A stretch of DNA of 64,000 nucleotides, from positions 10,292,001-10,356,000 of the forward strand of contig OZ024764.1 of assembly GCA_964016885.1 (NCBI GenBank), in the 5' to 3' direction. Below the pieces are notes generated by a model, which was given only the letters and a program-made list of their open reading frames with translations, had not been told where the DNA came from and did no database searches. The stretch comes from Eledone cirrhosa. Lineage: Eukaryota. Shown in pieces: positions 26,823-43,059 of the stretch; position 1 is the stretch's first letter; each line of letters begins with the position of its first letter. The position numbers were made by a program, and so were the translations under genes.

Positions 26823-27288
26823 TAATATAAAAAAAAGAATTTATTTTAAATGAGTTGTAATGTGCGCCAATAGTTGTCATGTTTGGTCCTCAGACAACAC
26901 ATATGTCACACATGTGGCCCTCGGGGAGGGGAGCCTGAGTTTGACATGCCTGGCATATAGTGTATCATCATCATCATCATCGTTTAATGTCTATCTTACA
27001 CGTTGGCATGGGTTAGACGGGAGCTGTCCCATTTGAGGCAAGATTGGTCGGGTGACCGTGTCTCGCTCGTATAGGACTGTCTGGCAGGTTTTCTACAGCT
27101 GGATGCCCTTCCTAACACCAACCACACATTTACAGTGTGGACTAGGAGCTTTTTACACGGACACATTACAGCGTGGACTGTGTTTTTTTTTCTCTTCCTT
27201 CTCTTTCTCTTTTTTTACTCTCCTCCCTTTTCTTTTTTTTTTTGTAGCATAAAAAATAACAAGTACAACAACAACACCAACATTAATC

Positions 27289-27294
27289 TTTATT
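27289..27294 (-). promoter_or_regulatory. Candidate distal poly(A) signal for PRODH
   Basis: Minus-strand AATAAA followed by a GU/U-rich tract (TGTTGGTGTTGTTGTTGTACTTGTTATTTTT). A proximal AATAAA also exists at 32098-32103. Confidence 0.3.
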
Positions 27295-27619
27295 TGAGTC
27301 AAATCAATAAAAAAATTTTTTTAATACATTAAATATATTTTGCTGAATAGAAACCTTGACAAAATGTTAAGGGGTCAAATGTTTTCCTTTATTTAACTAG
27401 CTGGAGGTACAGCCCATCTTATGACTTCAACAACAAGAACAACAACACCCTAGCGTATTTGGAGAGCTAACGCATTCAAGAGACGGGCTCCCTATCCAGG
27501 GACTTTTGTCACACCGCATCTCTCCCTCCAACAGTAACAATATGTACACCATTCAATGGGTTGCGAGAGCTACAAGCTTTGTCATCAGAAATTTTGTTGT
27601 TCAACTGATATTTAAAAAA

Positions 27620-30110
<2,491 letters not shown>

Positions 30111-30404
30111 CACCATAATTTCCACGACTAGGACTATTGCTAAAAGACTGTAAGACTCTACGGTCATTATTACCACTAGTGCAACTACCACATCAACTGG
30201 TATCACTGAAAGCCACCAATTCACACAGCCATTGACACAACAAAAATATTTACTTTATACTGAGAGAAGCCTTAATGGATTCACTGTTAGCTGCCATCTT
30301 GTTTGTAGTAGTGGTAGTAGTGGTGGTGGTAGTAGTAGTTGCGGTGGTGGTAGTAGTAGTAGTAGTGGTGGTGGTGGTGGTAATAGTAGTAGTGGTAGAG
30401 TTAT

Positions 30405-31410
30405 ATGTGTCCTGCCTTGTATCCAGACACAGTGTATCTAGGACTACATTATCTAATATGTCCTGCCTTTTATTCAGTCATAGTGTATCTAGGACTGCAT
30501 TATCTAATGTGTCCTGTCTTATATACAGACACAGTGTACCTAGGACTACATTATCTAATGTGTCCTCTCTTATATACAGACACAGTGTATCTAGGACTAC
30601 ATTATCTAATGTGTCCTGTCTTATATACAGACACAGTGTATCTAGGACTACATTATCTAATGTCTCCTGTCTTATATACAGACACAGTGTACCTAGGACT
30701 ACATTATCTAATGTGTCCTGTCTTATATACAGACACAGTGTATCTAGGACTACATTATCTAATGTGTCCTGTCTTTTATTCAGTCATAGTGTATCTAGGA
30801 TTACATTATCTAATGTGTCTTATATACAGACACAGTGTACCTAGGACTACATTATCTAATGTGTCTTGTCTTATATACAGACATAGTGTACCTAGGACTA
30901 CATTATCTAATGTGTTCTGTCTTATATACAGACACAGTGTACCTAGGACTACATTATCTAATGTGTCCTGTCTTATATACAGACACAGTGTATCTAGGAC
31001 TACATTATCTAATGTGTCCTGTCTTATATACAGACACAGTGTATCTAGGACTACATTATCTAATGTCTCCTGTCTTATATACAGACACAGTGTATCTAGG
31101 ACTACATTATGTAATGTGTCCTGTCTTATATACAGACACAGTGTATCTAGGACTACATTATCTAATGTGTCCTGTCTTATATACAGACAGTGTACCTAGG
31201 ACTACATTATCTAATGTGTCCTTCCCTGTTTTTTAGCTCCAGGTCAGTCCTGAACCAACAGACCTAGGATCAAAGATGTTCCATTTGTGACCATCCTATC
31301 TTATATACAGACACAGTGTATCTAGGACTACATTATCTAATGTGTCCTGTCTTATATACAGACACAGAGTATTTAGGACTACATTATCTAATGTGTCCTG
31401 TCTTTTATTA
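30405..31410. repeat. 51-bp minisatellite
   Basis: Unit ACACAGTGTATCTAGGACTACATTATCTAATGTGTCCTGTCTTATATACAG. Confidence 0.95.
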
Positions 31411-31579
31411 TTCAGACAGTAAGTGTATAGTTTGACAGTCATGTGGCCTCTAACTAATGATTGATTCAGCCACATGACTTTCAAGGTCAGTCAATCACAC
31501 GACCTCCAAGGTCAGTCAATCATATGACCTCCAAGGTCAGTCGGTCACATGATTTCCAAGACCTGTCAGTCATGTGGTG

Positions 31580-32065
31580 ACAAGAACACTGCCAGTTAAA
31601 CACTGCTTGGTCAATGCAAGAAGACCACAAGCACATTGCCAGAACACTGTTTGAACACTGTTTAAACACTGCCAGAACACTGTTTAATAATACTGCCTGA
31701 ACACTGTTTAAATACTAAATGTACACTGTTTAAACACTGACTGTACACCATTTAAACACTGCCTGAACACTTTAAACACTGCCAGTACACTTTTTAAGTA
31801 CTGCCAGAACATTGTTTTAAAACACTGGATGTACACTGTTTAAACACTATCTGTACACTGTTTAAATACTGCCTGAATATTGTCTGTACACTTTTTAAAA
31901 ACACTGCATGTACACTGTTTAAACACTATCTGTACACTGTTTAAATACTGCAAGGACATGCAATATATACACTGCCAGTTGGAGACTTTCAATTAAACAC
32001 TAAGAAAACCACAAGCACATTGCCAGTACACTGCCTGAACACTGTTTAAACACTGCCTGGACACT
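31580..32065. repeat. Degenerate ACACTG/TTTAAACACTG short-period repeat
   Basis: Recurrent aacactgtttaaacactgcc variants. Confidence 0.7.
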
Positions 32066-33252
32066 ATGTTGAGGCTGACTAGGGACCCATTATTTGTTTT
32101 ATTTGTTTTACTATAGTGAGGGGGAAATATTTTAATATTTCACCCTCTGAAGGAGGACCCAGACCTGGCTGTCAGCTACCGTGGGGTGAAATATTGATGT
32201 GCAGAAAGGGTACGCCCAGTTATGGGTTAATACAACCCTTGGCTGTTAACAGTAGTGGATTGAAAGTTTGAAGGGAGGGAGAAGAGAGAGGGGTCCAAGT
32301 GTTGTGTTAATACAGTCCCTGGTTGCTAGTGTGAATACAACCCTTGGTTGTTAGTTAGTGGACTGAAAGTTTGAAGGGACCGAGGGGGACCCAGCCTTGG
32401 CTGTCATGGGGGAGAAAAACTAAAGTGCACTGAGAGAGAGAGAGAGAGGGAGAGGCCCCGAAAAGACCAGAAAGCTTAGGGTCCTGGACATAGGATAATG
32501 AAGTACAGTGCCAAATACAACATCTATAGCTGCCATAAATTTGTCCATGCCTTGAAACAGAAAAAAAGAAAAGAAAACCAACCCACTCCTATCCCCTCTC
32601 TCTTTCTGTGACCCCTGCTTTGACCCTCTTGTCCTCCCTACATCAACACCAGCCCCTCGCCCCCACCACCAAACATCGATTAACTTGTCTGACTATGTTA
32701 ATTAGTTTAATTAATTAATTTAAATATCCCCTGGTTAAATGAATTCATGAAGATTTTGGCAAGATTGGAACTCGGAGCGCAGGGAGTGGGTACAAATACC
32801 ACAAAGGACTTTGTCTGACGCTCTATCGATTCTCTAGCCGCCACCACCACCATCAGTAATACCGATAACATCATCACAAACATCAACATTAGTAACAACA
32901 ACATCATCACAAACACCGACACCACCTTCACCATCATCAGTAATACCAACACCAACACCACCATTAACATGAACAACGCCCCCTACCATCATCACCACCC
33001 CTACCATCACTAGCATCACCAACATCACCAACACCTCCTGCCGTCACCAACATCACCATCATCACAAACATCACCATTAACAACATCATCATCACCACCA
33101 TCACAAACACCCTCCTGCCATGATCAAGATCACAAACACCTCCATCACCATCACCATCACTGCCTTCACCATCATCACCATCATCCCGCTGCCATCGCAA
33201 ACATCCTTAGCAGCACCACCGTCCCCCATCACCTCCTCCACCACTCAATGTT

Positions 33253-33461
33253 TTAAGAGGTAGAAGGGGGAGGTAATGCAGGACGGTAAAATAACTTCCC
33301 TCGTAGAATGCGTTTCTTTAACTCGCTGAACAGAAGACTCTTTTCCTTCTTCACCTTCCGCAGGATTCCACGGTTCTCCTGGGCCCTGCGTGACAAATAA
33401 GGGATCACATCTTCCACGGGACCATAGGGGACATATTTGTAGACCGAGTAGCCAGCTTGAC
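33253..33461 (-). CDS. PRODH: PRODH terminal coding exon ([30 protein letters not shown]...PPPSTS*)
   Basis: Acceptor catacag|GT, stop TAA at 33253-33255; YKYVPYGP and YLSRRAxEN substrate-binding motifs. Confidence 0.96.
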
Positions 33462-34201
33462 CTGTATGTGTGTGTCGGGGTGGCCAGAAAGAGAAAGAGA
33501 GAGAGATATAATGAGAGTGAGTGGGATAGTATGATATATATATATATATATATATACTATAAAGTGTGTCCATAGAATCATTTGATAAGATATATACACC
33601 ATTTCCTCTCCCAATTAGCATAATCAACCACACAAAAAATCAATTAAACCAGGCTATAAGATTAAAAGGCACCTATGAAGAAATAGTAGATAAATAAATG
33701 ACAGCAATTTATTCGCGATCAACCGCCATAGAATATTTACAACATTTCAATAGCACATGGGAATCGATTTACAACATTTCAATAGCACATGGGAATCGAT
33801 TAAATATACCATCAACCATACACAATTAGGTATAAAATCAAAGTTAGAAGAAAAAATGTATATAAACATATCAAGATTACGTTTATATAGATTGACATAT
33901 ATATATATATATAAAATAAACATATGAAACAATTGCAGGGAATAATTTGTACAGTATGTAAGCACACACAGCTAGTTAGGTAACCAATTAAAGTTTAACA
34001 AGGTAGGTACCTAGCTATGTGTGCTTACATACTTTACAAATTATTCCGTGATTGTTCCATATGTCTATTTTATATATATATATATATATGTCAATCTATT
34101 TCTAGTTGATATGAAATGCTCAGATCTATTCTTTGAGCTTATTCTGCAGAGGATATGGCGCATGTCTCTCAGACATGACGACTCTTAATTTAATTTTGGA
34201 T

Positions 34202-34511
34202 ATCATCATCATCATCATCATTTTACGTCTGCTTCTTGCAAGGGTGGGACGGGAACTGATTCAGGCTTGATGTCTACAGCTGGATGCCCTTCCTAACACC
34301 AACCTCATTTACAGTGAGTGCTGGGTGCTTTTTTGCCGTGGAATGATAGGGGCCCCAGTCCCTATCATCTCATTTCTACAGCTGAGTAAACTGGAGCAAT
34401 GTGAAATAAAGTGTCTTGCTCAAGGAAACAACACATCACCCGGTCTGAGACTTGAACTCACAACCTTTCGATTGCAAGGCCAATGCTCTAACCACTAAGC
34501 CATGTGCCTCC
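34202..34511 (-). mobile_element. CORE-like SINE, left member of an inverted pair
   Basis: Reverse complement of 34550-34886 with small deletions. Confidence 0.85.
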
Positions 34512-34549
34512 ATACATCCGTTCTTCCATGCTAATATATATATTTATAT

Positions 34550-34886
34550 GGAGGCACATGGCTTAGTGATTAGAGCATTCGCCTTGCAATCGAAAGGTTG
34601 TGAGTTCAATTCTCAGACCGGGTGATGTGTTGTTTCCTTGAGCAAGACACTTTATTTCACATTGCTCCAGTTTACTCAGCTGTAGAAATGACATGATAGG
34701 GACTGGGGTCCCTATCATTCCACTGCAAAGTGGTCGTGGAGGTGCCACGGCACAAAAGCACCCAGCACTCACTGTAAATGAGGTTGGTGTTAGGAAGGGC
34801 ATCCAGCTGTAGAAAATCAAGCCAGAATCAGTTCCCGTCCCACCCTTGCCAGCAGGGAAAAAGCGGACATAAAATGAAATGATGAT
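34550..34886 (+). mobile_element. CORE-like SINE, right member of an inverted pair
   Basis: GGAGGCACATGGCTTAGTG head, B-box, CORE-like centre, RTE-type tail. Confidence 0.85.
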
Positions 34887-35545
34887 ATTAGAAAAGGGAA
34901 GTAAGGTTCTATACAAAACAGTAGATATAGAGAAAAGGTGAAGTTGGAAATAGCACTGAAAATATATTTTAGGGTCTGTTTTTCTTTTTTTATCCTTTCT
35001 TTGATTCGTCAAAGTGACATTATTGAAAAGATGAGAGGGACAATTCTTTAAAAAAAAAAAAAATTTTATAAAGTATATAAAGTATTACCGGTTTCAATGT
35101 ATTATTAAAATTCATCTTATCAAATGTTGAGTATTGAAATAAAAAATTAAAAAGAATTAATAGGAGTTAAAAACTAAAAATTAAAGATTTAAAATTAAAA
35201 TCAAATGTTGGAGTAAATTTTTTCCATCTTTCTTGCTCAAAATTTGGCTGGATATTATATACATATCTATATATTATTATTATATTTCTGCACTTTATTG
35301 TTGTAACTAGGGAGTGAAAATATGATACATACAAAGCATATAAATAAGTTTACAGTAGAATAACATAAATATGTTTTAAATATATACATAAATAACATTA
35401 CAAACGCTTAGATAACATTATAAATTGCATGCAATTCTTTCAGAAGGATATATTCCTTTAATGTTGTAATATTAAAGAAAATGCAAAGGAAGGGGTGGAC
35501 TACTGAGCCAACACCAGAGCAAAAGGCAGCAGCGTCGCGAGGAGT

Positions 35546-38015
35546 ACAATCCACAAGGTGGGTGACAGGCAGATGATATTTAATGTCTCAGAGGACAGAG
35601 ACCAGTGGTCAACAGAGAGACAATCCACAAGGTGGGTGACAGGCAGATGATATTTAATGTCTCAGAGGACAGAGACCAGTGGTCAACAGAGAGACAATCC
35701 ACAAGGTGGGTGACAGGTAGATGATATATAATGTTTAGAGGACAGAGACCAGTGACCAGTGGTCAACAGAGAGACAATCTACAAGGTGGGTGACAGGCAG
35801 ATGGAATATAATGCCTCAGAGACCAGAGACCAGTGGTCAACAGAGAGACAATCCACAAGGTGGGTGACAGGTAGATGATATATAATGCCTCAGAGACCAG
35901 AGACCAGTGGTCAACAGAGAGACAATCCACAAGGTGGGTGACAGGTAGATGGAATATAATGTTTAGAGGACAGAGACCAGTGGTCAGTGGTCAACAGAGA
36001 GACAATCCATAAGGTGGGTGACAGGCAGATGGAATATAATGCCTCAGAGACCAGAGACCAGTGGTCAACAGAGAGACAATCCACAAGGTGGGTGACAGGC
36101 AGATGAAATATAATGCCCCAGAGGACAGAGACCAGTGACCAGTGGTCAACAGAGAGACAATCCACAAGGTGGGTGACAGGCAGATGATATATAATGTCTC
36201 AGAGGACAGAGACCAGTGACCAGTGGTCAACAGAGACAATCCACAAGGTGGGTGACAGGTAGATGATATATAATGTCCCAGAGACCAGTGGTCAACAGAG
36301 AGACAATCCACAAGGTGGGTGACAGGTAGATGATATATAATGTCCCAGAGACCAGTGGTCAACAGAGAGACAATCCACAAGGTGGGTGACAGGTAGATGA
36401 TATATAATGTCCCAGAGACCAGTGGTCAACAGAGAGACAATCCACAAGGTGGGTGACAGGTAGATGATATATAATGTCTCAGAGGACAGAGACCAGTGAC
36501 CAGTGGTCAACAGAGAGACAATCCACAAGGTGGGTGACAGGCAGATGATATATAATGTCTCAGAGGACAGAGACCAGTGACCAGTGGTCAACAGAGACAA
36601 TCCACAAGGTGGGTGACAGGTAGATGATATATAATGTCTCAGAGGACAGAGACCAGTGACCAGTGGTCAACAGAGACAATCCACAAGGTGGGTGACAGGT
36701 AGATGATATATAATGTCCCAGAGACCAGTGGTCAACAGAGAGACAATCCACAAGGTGGGTGACAGGTAGATGATATATAATGTCCCAGAGACCAGTGGTC
36801 AACAGAGAGACAATCCACAAGGTGGGTGACAGGTAGATGATATATAATGTCCCAGAGACCAGTGGTCAACAGAGAGACAATCCACAAGGTGGGTGACAGG
36901 TAGATGATATATAATGTCTCAGAGGACAGAGACCAGTGACCAGTGGTCAACAGAGAGACAATCCACAAGGTGGGTGACAGGCAGATGATATATAATGTCC
37001 CAGAGACCAGTGGTCAACAGAGAGACAATCCACAAGGTGGGTGACAGGCAGATGATATATAATGTCTCAGAGGACAGAGACCAGTGGTCAACAGAGAGAC
37101 AATCCACAAGGTGGGTGACAGGTAGATGATATATAATGTCTCAGAGGACAGAGACCAGTGGTCAACAGAGAGACAATACACAAGGTGGGTGACAGGTAGA
37201 TGATATATAATGTCTCAGAGGACAGAGACCAGTGACCAGTGGTCAACAGAGAGACAATCCACAAGGTGGGTGACAGGTAGATGATATATAATGTCCCAGA
37301 GACCAGTGGTCAACAGAGAGACAATCCACAAGGTGGGTGACAGGCAGATGATATATAATGTCTCAGAGGCCAGAGACCAGTGGTCAACAGAGAGACAATA
37401 CACAAGGTGGGTGACAGGCAGATGATATATAATGTCTCAGAGGCCAGAGACCAGTGGTCAACAGAGAGACAATCCACAAGGTGGGTGACAGGTAGATGAT
37501 ATATAATGTCCCAGAGACCAGTGGTCAACAGAGAGACAATCCACAAGGTGGGTGACAGGCAGATGATATATAATGTCTCAGAGGCCAGAGACCAGTGGTC
37601 AACAGAGAGACAATCCACAAGGTGGGTGACAGGCAGATGATATATAATGTCTCAGAGGCCAGAGACCAGTGGTCAACAGAGAGACAATCCACAAGGTGGG
37701 TGACAGGTAGATGATATATAATGTCTCAGAGGCCAGAGACCAGTGGTCAACAGAGAGACAATCCACAAGGTGGGTGACAGGCAGATGATATATAATGTCT
37801 CAGAGGCCAGAGACCAGTGGTCAACAGAGAGACAATCCACAAGGTGGGTGACAGGCAGATGATATATAATGTCTCAGAGGCCAGAGACCAGTGGTCAACA
37901 GAGAGACAATCCACAAGGTGGGTGACAGGCAGATGATATATAATGTCTCAGAGGCCAGAGACCAGTGGTCAACAGAGAGACAATCCACAAGGTGGGTGAC
38001 AGGTAGATGATATAT
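35546..38015. repeat. 66/74/81-bp variable minisatellite in the last PRODH intron
   Basis: Unit ACAATCCACAAGGTGGGTGACAGGYAGATGATATATAATGTC(TCAGAGGA)CAGAGACCAGT(GACCAGT)GGTCAACAGAGAG. Confidence 0.95.
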
Positions 38016-38195
38016 AGAAAAGATTGAAAGATGAGGAGGGCAAGGAGAAGTGTGTTGGTACACAGAAGTGACTGGAAGAAGGAAATAAAGAAAGGTGAAG
38101 TACCAGACATGTTTACACCCACAAATCTTCAGCCTCATCAGCAAAATCGTTTTGCATGTGGATTCTCCCTCTGTTGACCACTAGCCACTGGTTTC

Positions 38196-38236
<41 letters not shown>

Positions 38237-38378
38237 TATATACATATAACAAAAACAATTTTAGGTGTTAAATAAAAACATTACTCTCATAATGATTATG
38301 TTATATTTAAATGGCCGTACTTCCAAATATGACCATCCAATCATATATATATATAGAGAGAGAGAGAAAGTTACTTAC

Positions 38379-38467
38379 CCATGGGGAAACTGACTTGGTC
38401 ACACATTCCTAACAACTGTCCAAAACAGATGAGTTTGTCAGCAGGCTTGATACCATGGGCTTTCATA
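38379..38467 (-). CDS. PRODH: PRODH exon ([31 protein letters not shown])
   Basis: Acceptor ttacccag|T, donor G|gtaagt; 89 nt; FGQLLGMCD motif. Confidence 0.96.
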
Positions 38468-38499
38468 CTGGGTAATGGAAGACAGAGATATATAGACAG

Positions 38500-38622
<123 letters not shown>

Positions 38623-39875
38623 ATATACACACATATGTACACATACAAATACACGCACATATGTACACATACAAATACACACACATATGTACACATACAA
38701 ATGTACACATACAAATACACGCACATATGTACACATACAAATACACACATATGTACACATACAAATGTACACATACAAATACACGCACATATGTACACAT
38801 ACAAATACACACACATATGTACACATACAAATGTACACATACAAATACACGCACATATGTACACATACAAATACACACATATGTACACATACAAATGTAC
38901 ACATACAAATACACGCACATATGTACACATACAAATACACACATATGTACACATACAAATGTACACATACAAATACACGCACAGAAACATGTATACACAC
39001 AGACATACATACAGTATAATCATCATCACTCGTCGACTACTGTCGAGATGATGGATCTCACTCTCATGCCCCAGAATCCCCTGTCCCCCATCGCTGCTCC
39101 CAGGTCCTGTCTGCTGATTCCCGTATCCCTAGAGATAACGTCAGGGAATGACAGCTTCCTACTCCTAGTCAGGCTGGAGTCAGGGTTCCAGAGCAAGAGA
39201 GCGGATATGATTTCAATGAGAGTGCAAAACCTATCCTGGAAACGACATCCCACCTTGTCTAAAATCTATGGCAAACTCCCTCGAGCCTCTGCCCTTCTAA
39301 AATCCCGGAGAGCTCAATTTGCTGGCCACTGTCACCGTGCCAGCAATGAAATCATATCCGCTACATTATAATACCTGTCTAGTACTGGGATCGATTCTTC
39401 TTCTATATCTCTTTCTCATTTCCTCTCTCTCTCTCACATTCTGTACTCAGGCCTGGAGAGAGATGGGCTCTGCCAGGCTTAAAATGCCCAAGGAACGCTG
39501 TATGTCAATGTGGCACCCTTATGACTATCAGGAGTTACGGGAGCATACAATACAATACAATACATATATACACACATTCGTGAGATGTGAATTTAACCCT
39601 TTAGCATTTAAACCGGCCATATCTGGCCAGAATTCTCTCACCTATTTCTATTCAAATCATTCATAACTAGCCACTCATAGTGATGTTAAGGTATTGTTCT
39701 CAAAATAAATAATATCAAAATCTCAGATACAATATTAGGTAAAGCCTTTACCACAAACATATAATAGTATATATAGAGTACTATAAATGCTAAAGGGTTA
39801 AGTCGAAAATTTTCCATTTTTCTCATTCCACTATGGTGGAAGTAAAACTATAAAGTATCAAGGGAGGTAACTCAC

Positions 39876-40060
39876 GCCTCTACTGTATATTTGACGGTTT
39901 GCTCATTGTGGCTAGCGACCATTACACTAACTTTCCCTCTGTCGCGTTTCTGTATTGTCCTCATCACCTCGTTCAGTACATTATAGTAGTTCTCTGTGGT
40001 GTGTTCAAAATTGTCGCAGATCGGATCATCATAGCCAAGACTCTTGGCTCGTTCACGTTC
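39876..40060 (-). CDS. PRODH: PRODH exon (ERERAKSLGYDDPIC...VMVASHNEQTVKYTVE-A)
   Basis: Acceptor ttgtctag|GAA, donor GC|gtgagt; 185 nt; GYxDPI and MVASHNE motifs. Not present in the ORF track. Confidence 0.96.
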
Positions 40061-40754
40061 CTAGACAAGAGAAGAAAAGGAATAAGTGAGATACAGTGAC
40101 ATCTCGCACTACAAGTTTAACCTTTTAGCATTCAAACCGGCTGTATCCGGCCAGAATTCTCTCACCTCCACTGTTCAAACCAGCCATAACTGGCCACTCA
40201 GACCAATGTTAAAGTATTGTTCTTAAAATGAATAATATCAAAATCTCATAAATTTGATATTATGTGAGATAATAATTGTTTCTACGTTAGGCACAAGGCC
40301 AGCAAGTTACCCAGTGTATTACTAGTACTTTATTTTATCGACCCCGTAAGGATGAAAGGCAAAGTAGACCTCGGCGGGATTTGAAGTCAGATCGTAAAGG
40401 GACGTAACTATGCTGGAAAGCATGGCGTCCGACCCTCTACCGATACTGCCAATTCACCGCCTTCTGCAGAAGACCCGACTTCCCACGGGTACAAGCCGAA
40501 GCTGAAGCATATAGACAATATGACCCCACCACCTCCCACTGTAAAGTGGACGTGTAGGCGCCACGGTAAAAAAGCACCCAGCCCACACTGTAAAGTGGTG
40601 ATGTAGGTGTCACGACAAAAAAAATCAATTTTCCCTACAGGAATTAATTATAATAAAATAATAATGATTTCATTTATTGGCCTCAAGAGCCGACATGTAG
40701 GGGAGAATACAAAGACACAGACAGTGGGGATTTACAATAAGGTCGAGTAAAAGT

Positions 40755-41127
40755 TAATAATAATGAAATTATTGTGTACAGTGCTCAGGTGCACTACAAC
40801 TCATCAAAGGTGCATGTATAGTACATAGAATAATGTACAAATGTCAGGGAAGTGAATAGTGTATGGGTCATGATATACATGTGTGTGTGTGTAAAGGATG
40901 CAGTGTCTCGACAGCTAACAACTGATGCAGGTAGTTTGTTCCATGGAGGTTTTAAAGGATGCAGTGTCTCGACAGCTAACAACTGATGGAGGTAGTTTGT
41001 TCCATGGAGGTTTTAAAGGTTGCAGTGTCTCGACAGCTAACAACTGATGCTGGCAGTTTGTTCCATGGAGGTTTTAAAGGATGCAGTGTCTCGACAGCTA
41101 ACAACTGATGCAGGTAGTTTGTTCCAG
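40755..41127 (-). repeat. Same CR1-like 3' end with ~4 x 61-bp expansion, in a PRODH intron
   Basis: Reverse complement of the 61-bp unit and tail. Confidence 0.85.
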
Positions 41128-41289
41128 TGCCCCCCCCCCCCCCCACCCCCAAACCACCCAAAAATCATTTTTATGGGTTTTAAAAATGAAGAGGTGCATG
41201 GTAAACCTTAATGACATTTAGACAAACTCTTGGTAGATGTACATGCAGCGCTACATGGCAAGCCCTGGGGTCAATGTAAACTGCCTTAC

Positions 41290-41385
41290 CTGTTCCATGT
41301 ATGCTCCACGGACAAGTTTAGCTCCAAAGTAGAAGTCTTCTTTACGACTCAAATCCAAATCAATGATGATATTGTTGAGGGTGGC
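41290..41385 (-). CDS. PRODH: PRODH exon (ATLNNIIIDLDLSRKEDFYFGAKLVRGAYMEQ)
   Basis: Acceptor ctcccatccag|GCC, donor CAG|gtaagg; 96 nt; FAD-binding KLVRGAYM motif. Not present in the ORF track. Confidence 0.96.
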
Positions 41386-41439
41386 CTGGATGGGAGACAA
41401 AATATAAAGTTACACATATTTCAGTTTATGTTAACCCTT

Positions 41440-42450
41440 TAGCATTTACATTACTCTATATATACTATTGTATTTTCATGGTAAAGGCTTTATCTCACAT
41501 AACATTTACATTACTCTATATATACTATTGTATTTTCATGGTAAAGGCTTTATCTCACATAACATTTACATTACTCTATATATACTATTGTATTTTCATG
41601 GTAAAGACTTTGCCTCACATAATATCTCACATAACATTTACATTACTCTCTATATACTATTGTATTTTCACAGTAAAGGCTTTACCTCACATAACATTTA
41701 CATTACTCTATATATACTATTGTATTTTCACAGTAAAGGCTTTACCTCACATAATATCTCATATAACATTTACATTACTCTATATATACTATTGTATTTT
41801 CACAGTAAAGGCTTAACCTCACATAATATCTCACATAACATTTACATTACTCTATATATACTATTGTATTTTCACAGTAAAGGCTTTACCTCACATAATA
41901 TCTCACATAACATTTACATTACTCTATATATACTATTGTATTTTCACAGTAAAGGCTTAACCTCACATAATATCTCACATAACATTTACATTACTCTATA
42001 TATACTATTGTATTTTCACAGTAAAGGCTTTACCTCACATAATATCTCACATAACATTTACATTACTCTATATATACTATTGTATTTTCACAGTAAAGGC
42101 TTTACCTCACATAATATCTCACATAACGTTTACATTACTCTATATATACTATTGTATTTTCACAGTAAAGGCTTTACCTCACATAATATCTCACATAACA
42201 TTTACATTACTCTATATATACTATTGTATTTTCACAGTAAAGGCTTTACCTCACATAATATCTCACATAACGTTTACATTACTCTATATATACGATTGTA
42301 TTTTCACAGTAAAGGCTTTACCTCACATAATATCTCACATAACATTTACATTACTCTATATATACTATTGTATTGTCACAGTAAAGGCTTTACCTCACAT
42401 AACATTTACATTACTCTATATATACTATTGTATTTTCACAGTAAAGGCTG
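41440..42450. repeat. 60/72-bp minisatellite (same unit at 3070-3207 and 21610-21747)
   Basis: Unit ACATTTACATTACTCTATATATACTATTGTATTTTCACAGTAAAGGCTTTACCTCACATA(ATATCTCACATA). Confidence 0.95.
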
Positions 42451-42876
42451 GTACCTGTCAGATAGGACCCTAAGATAACACTGGTATGTGAGACATGACC
42501 CTAAGATAACACTGGTACGTTAGATGTGACCCTAAGATATTACTGGTATGTGGTAGATAAGACCCTAAGATATCACTGGTATTTGTTAGATGTGACCCTA
42601 AGATATCACTGGTATGTTAGATATGATCCTAAGATAGTACTGGTATGTTTCAACGTACCTTCAGATATCACTGGTATCTGTTAGATAGGACCCTAAGATA
42701 GCACTTGTACCTATTTCAACGTACCTTCAGATAACACTGGTATCTGTTAGATAGGACCCGAAGATAGCACTGGTATCTATTACAACCTACCTTCAGACAA
42801 CACTGGTATCTATTAGATAGGACCCGAAGATAGCACTGGTATCTATTACAACCTACCTTCAGATAACACTGGTATG
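42448..42876 (-). repeat. ~33/66-bp repeat built from the PRODH exon end and splice donor
   Basis: TACCAGTGYTATCT motif (YQCYL) recurs about 13 times, including repeated AAG|GTA donors. Confidence 0.85.
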
Positions 42877-43003
42877 TGTTAAATATAACTGCCCGATCCT
42901 TGTTGAATTTCCTCATAATCTCCATAGCAAGGCGACTGATAGCTGGCTGGAAGTATGTCTGCTCAGCATCAATCATCACACGAACCCCTTGCTGTTTGGC
43001 GTA
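42857..43003 (-). CDS. PRODH: PRODH exon ([49 protein letters not shown])
   Basis: Acceptor tttctag|TAC, donor AAG|gtaggt; 147 nt; hallmark [13 protein letters not shown] and NTYQCYL motifs of the PRODH barrel. Confidence 0.96.
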
Positions 43004-43059
43004 CTAGAAAAGACACACGGACAGACATTATATACATATACATGTGTGTGTGTGTATAC

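Noticed and set aside
41468-42478. 336-aa repetitive ORF, and similar ORFs at 30275-31236, 35911-38144 and 60304-62047
   Set aside because: Minisatellite read-through with no domain similarity or splice support.
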